From assembly GCF_006345805.1 (NCBI RefSeq), contig NW_021827436.1, positions 1 to 10,719 on the forward strand: a stretch of DNA of 10,719 bases. The letters are read 5' to 3'. The notes under the pieces are model-generated. The model was not told the origin of the DNA. It searched no databases and saw only the letters and a program-made list of their open reading frames with translations. Shown here one piece after another: positions 9,798 to 10,719 of this stretch (the stretch's first letter is position 1; the number at the start of each line of letters is the position of its first letter). Made by a program: the position numbers and the translations under genes. This DNA is from Octopus sinensis. Its lineage: Eukaryota.

Positions 9798-10179
9798 TCT
9801 ATATATATATAAAACTGAAGTTGTCTGTGTGTGGCAGGTTTGGTAGCCTTCAACTAACACTATCTCCTCCAAGACCCTGTGGCACAAGTTGATCAAAATT
9901 GAGAGTATGATAGAAGAAGGCTTGCTCTTCATTCCGTAGAAGAAAAAATTGAAATCGGACCATGTTAACACCAAAAATTATTTACATCAAAAAGGTGGGT
10001 TTTTTTCTATGAAAATCCCTATTTTTTATGATTTTTTTTTACTGCTGTGTTGCCATTTTTCAGTGTATTTCAACCAGAAAAATGTTCACTTAAAGAGAAT
10101 AACAAGCAACATAATGCAAATTTTTTACTTTTCAAAAATTCCAAGTCTAAACCCGAGCAACGCTGGGCTATACTGCTAA
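9798..10179 (+). mobile_element. Non-autonomous Helitron, 382 bp
   Basis: 5' end A|TCTATATATATATAAAA. Subterminal hairpin CCCGAGCAACGCTGGG at 10152-10167. 3' end CTAA (fits CTRR) at 10176-10179, followed by T. The element sits between A9797 and T10180 with no target-site duplication. Confidence 0.8.
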
Positions 10180-10194
10180 TATTGGAAAATATTT

Positions 10195-10413
10195 AGGCGG
10201 TGAACGAGCAGAATTGTTAGCTCACTGGGCAAAGTGTTTAGTGATGTTTCCTCCATGTTTACATTCTGAGTTCAAATTCCATCAAGGCCAATTTTGCCCT
10301 TCATCCTTTCAGGATTGATAAAATAAGTACCAGCTGTGCACTTGGGTCAATATAATTGACTTACCTACTTTTCCTGAAATTGTTGGCTTTGTACCAAAGT
10401 CTGAAACCAATAA
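10195..10413 (+). mobile_element. tRNA-derived SINE (type 3), diverged
   Basis: The head AGGCGGTGAACGAGCAGAATTGTTAG is followed by box B-like GAGTTCAAATTCC (10268-10280) and then CATCCTTTCAGGATTGATAAAATAAGTACCAG. 10259-10280 matches the reverse complement of 10664-10685 exactly over 22 bp. Confidence 0.75.
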
Positions 10414-10539
10414 TGGAATGCATTGATTCTGATGTTCTACAATTTTCAAGAACAAGTCTTTGCCGTCTTCAGGTGGATCAAATAGATATTTGAAGAGGTA
10501 CAGAATTTTCTTCAAATAGGCAGAGCTGTTTGAATACAA

Positions 10540-10640
10540 TACTTGTTTCACAACTGGGCAGTTTTGGGTTCCGTCTCACTGTGTGATAACTTGAGCAAGT
10601 ATTTTCATCTTCTGCTATAGTCTCAGATTGATCAAAAGGC
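10540..10640 (+). mobile_element. Degenerate head/CORE fragment of type 1 SINE
   Basis: GGGTTCCGTCTCACTGTGTGATAACTTGAGCAAGT...TCTTCTGCTATAG aligns to the reverse complement of 1514-1563. Confidence 0.7.
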
Positions 10641-10719
10641 TAAAAGGCAAAGTCAACATCCGCGGAATTTGAACTCAGAATGTAAGGATGGACGAAATTC
10701 TGGTAAGCATTTTGCTGGC
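10636..10719 (-). mobile_element. Type 3 SINE fragment running off the window edge
   Basis: The reverse complement reads ...TTACATTCTGAGTTCAAATTCCGCGGATGTTGACTTTGCCTTT, homologous to 10259-10305. Confidence 0.75.

Noticed and set aside
10487-10518. 10-bp perfect inverted repeat TATTTGAAGA/TCTTCAAATA
   Set aside because: An AT-rich 10-bp stem is plausible by chance in 10 kb, and no other feature supports it.

Overview
AT-rich, repeat-dense non-coding eukaryotic DNA, either intronic or intergenic. It is most likely from an octopus or another coleoid cephalopod. This is inferred from my recollection of octopus SINE families and microsatellite make-up, not from a database search. No protein-coding gene can be supported: every supplied ORF lies in a microsatellite, a mobile element or short featureless sequence. 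About half the window is simple repeat: (GAA)n, (CA)n, a 32-bp minisatellite, about 2.3 kb of (TATG)n and several (AT)n tracts. The rest is a mosaic of interspersed elements: three tRNA-headed SINE types (two copies with perfect 11- and 15-bp target-site duplications), a (GAT)n-tailed retroposon with internal tandem monomers, a 382-bp non-autonomous Helitron with all diagnostic termini, an old 108-bp repeat in two copies and an element carrying TTAGGG-like repeats. Three observations stand out. (1) A type I hammerhead-ribozyme fold at 8292-8393, of the minimal kind with a palindromic stem III described for Penelope-like elements. (2) A ~98%-identical 750-bp fold-back palindrome centred on an (AT)n tract (5666-6416), which is either a recent template-switch event or a long-read artefact. 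(3) Two intact SINEs that share a ~200-bp head but have unrelated 3' halves.
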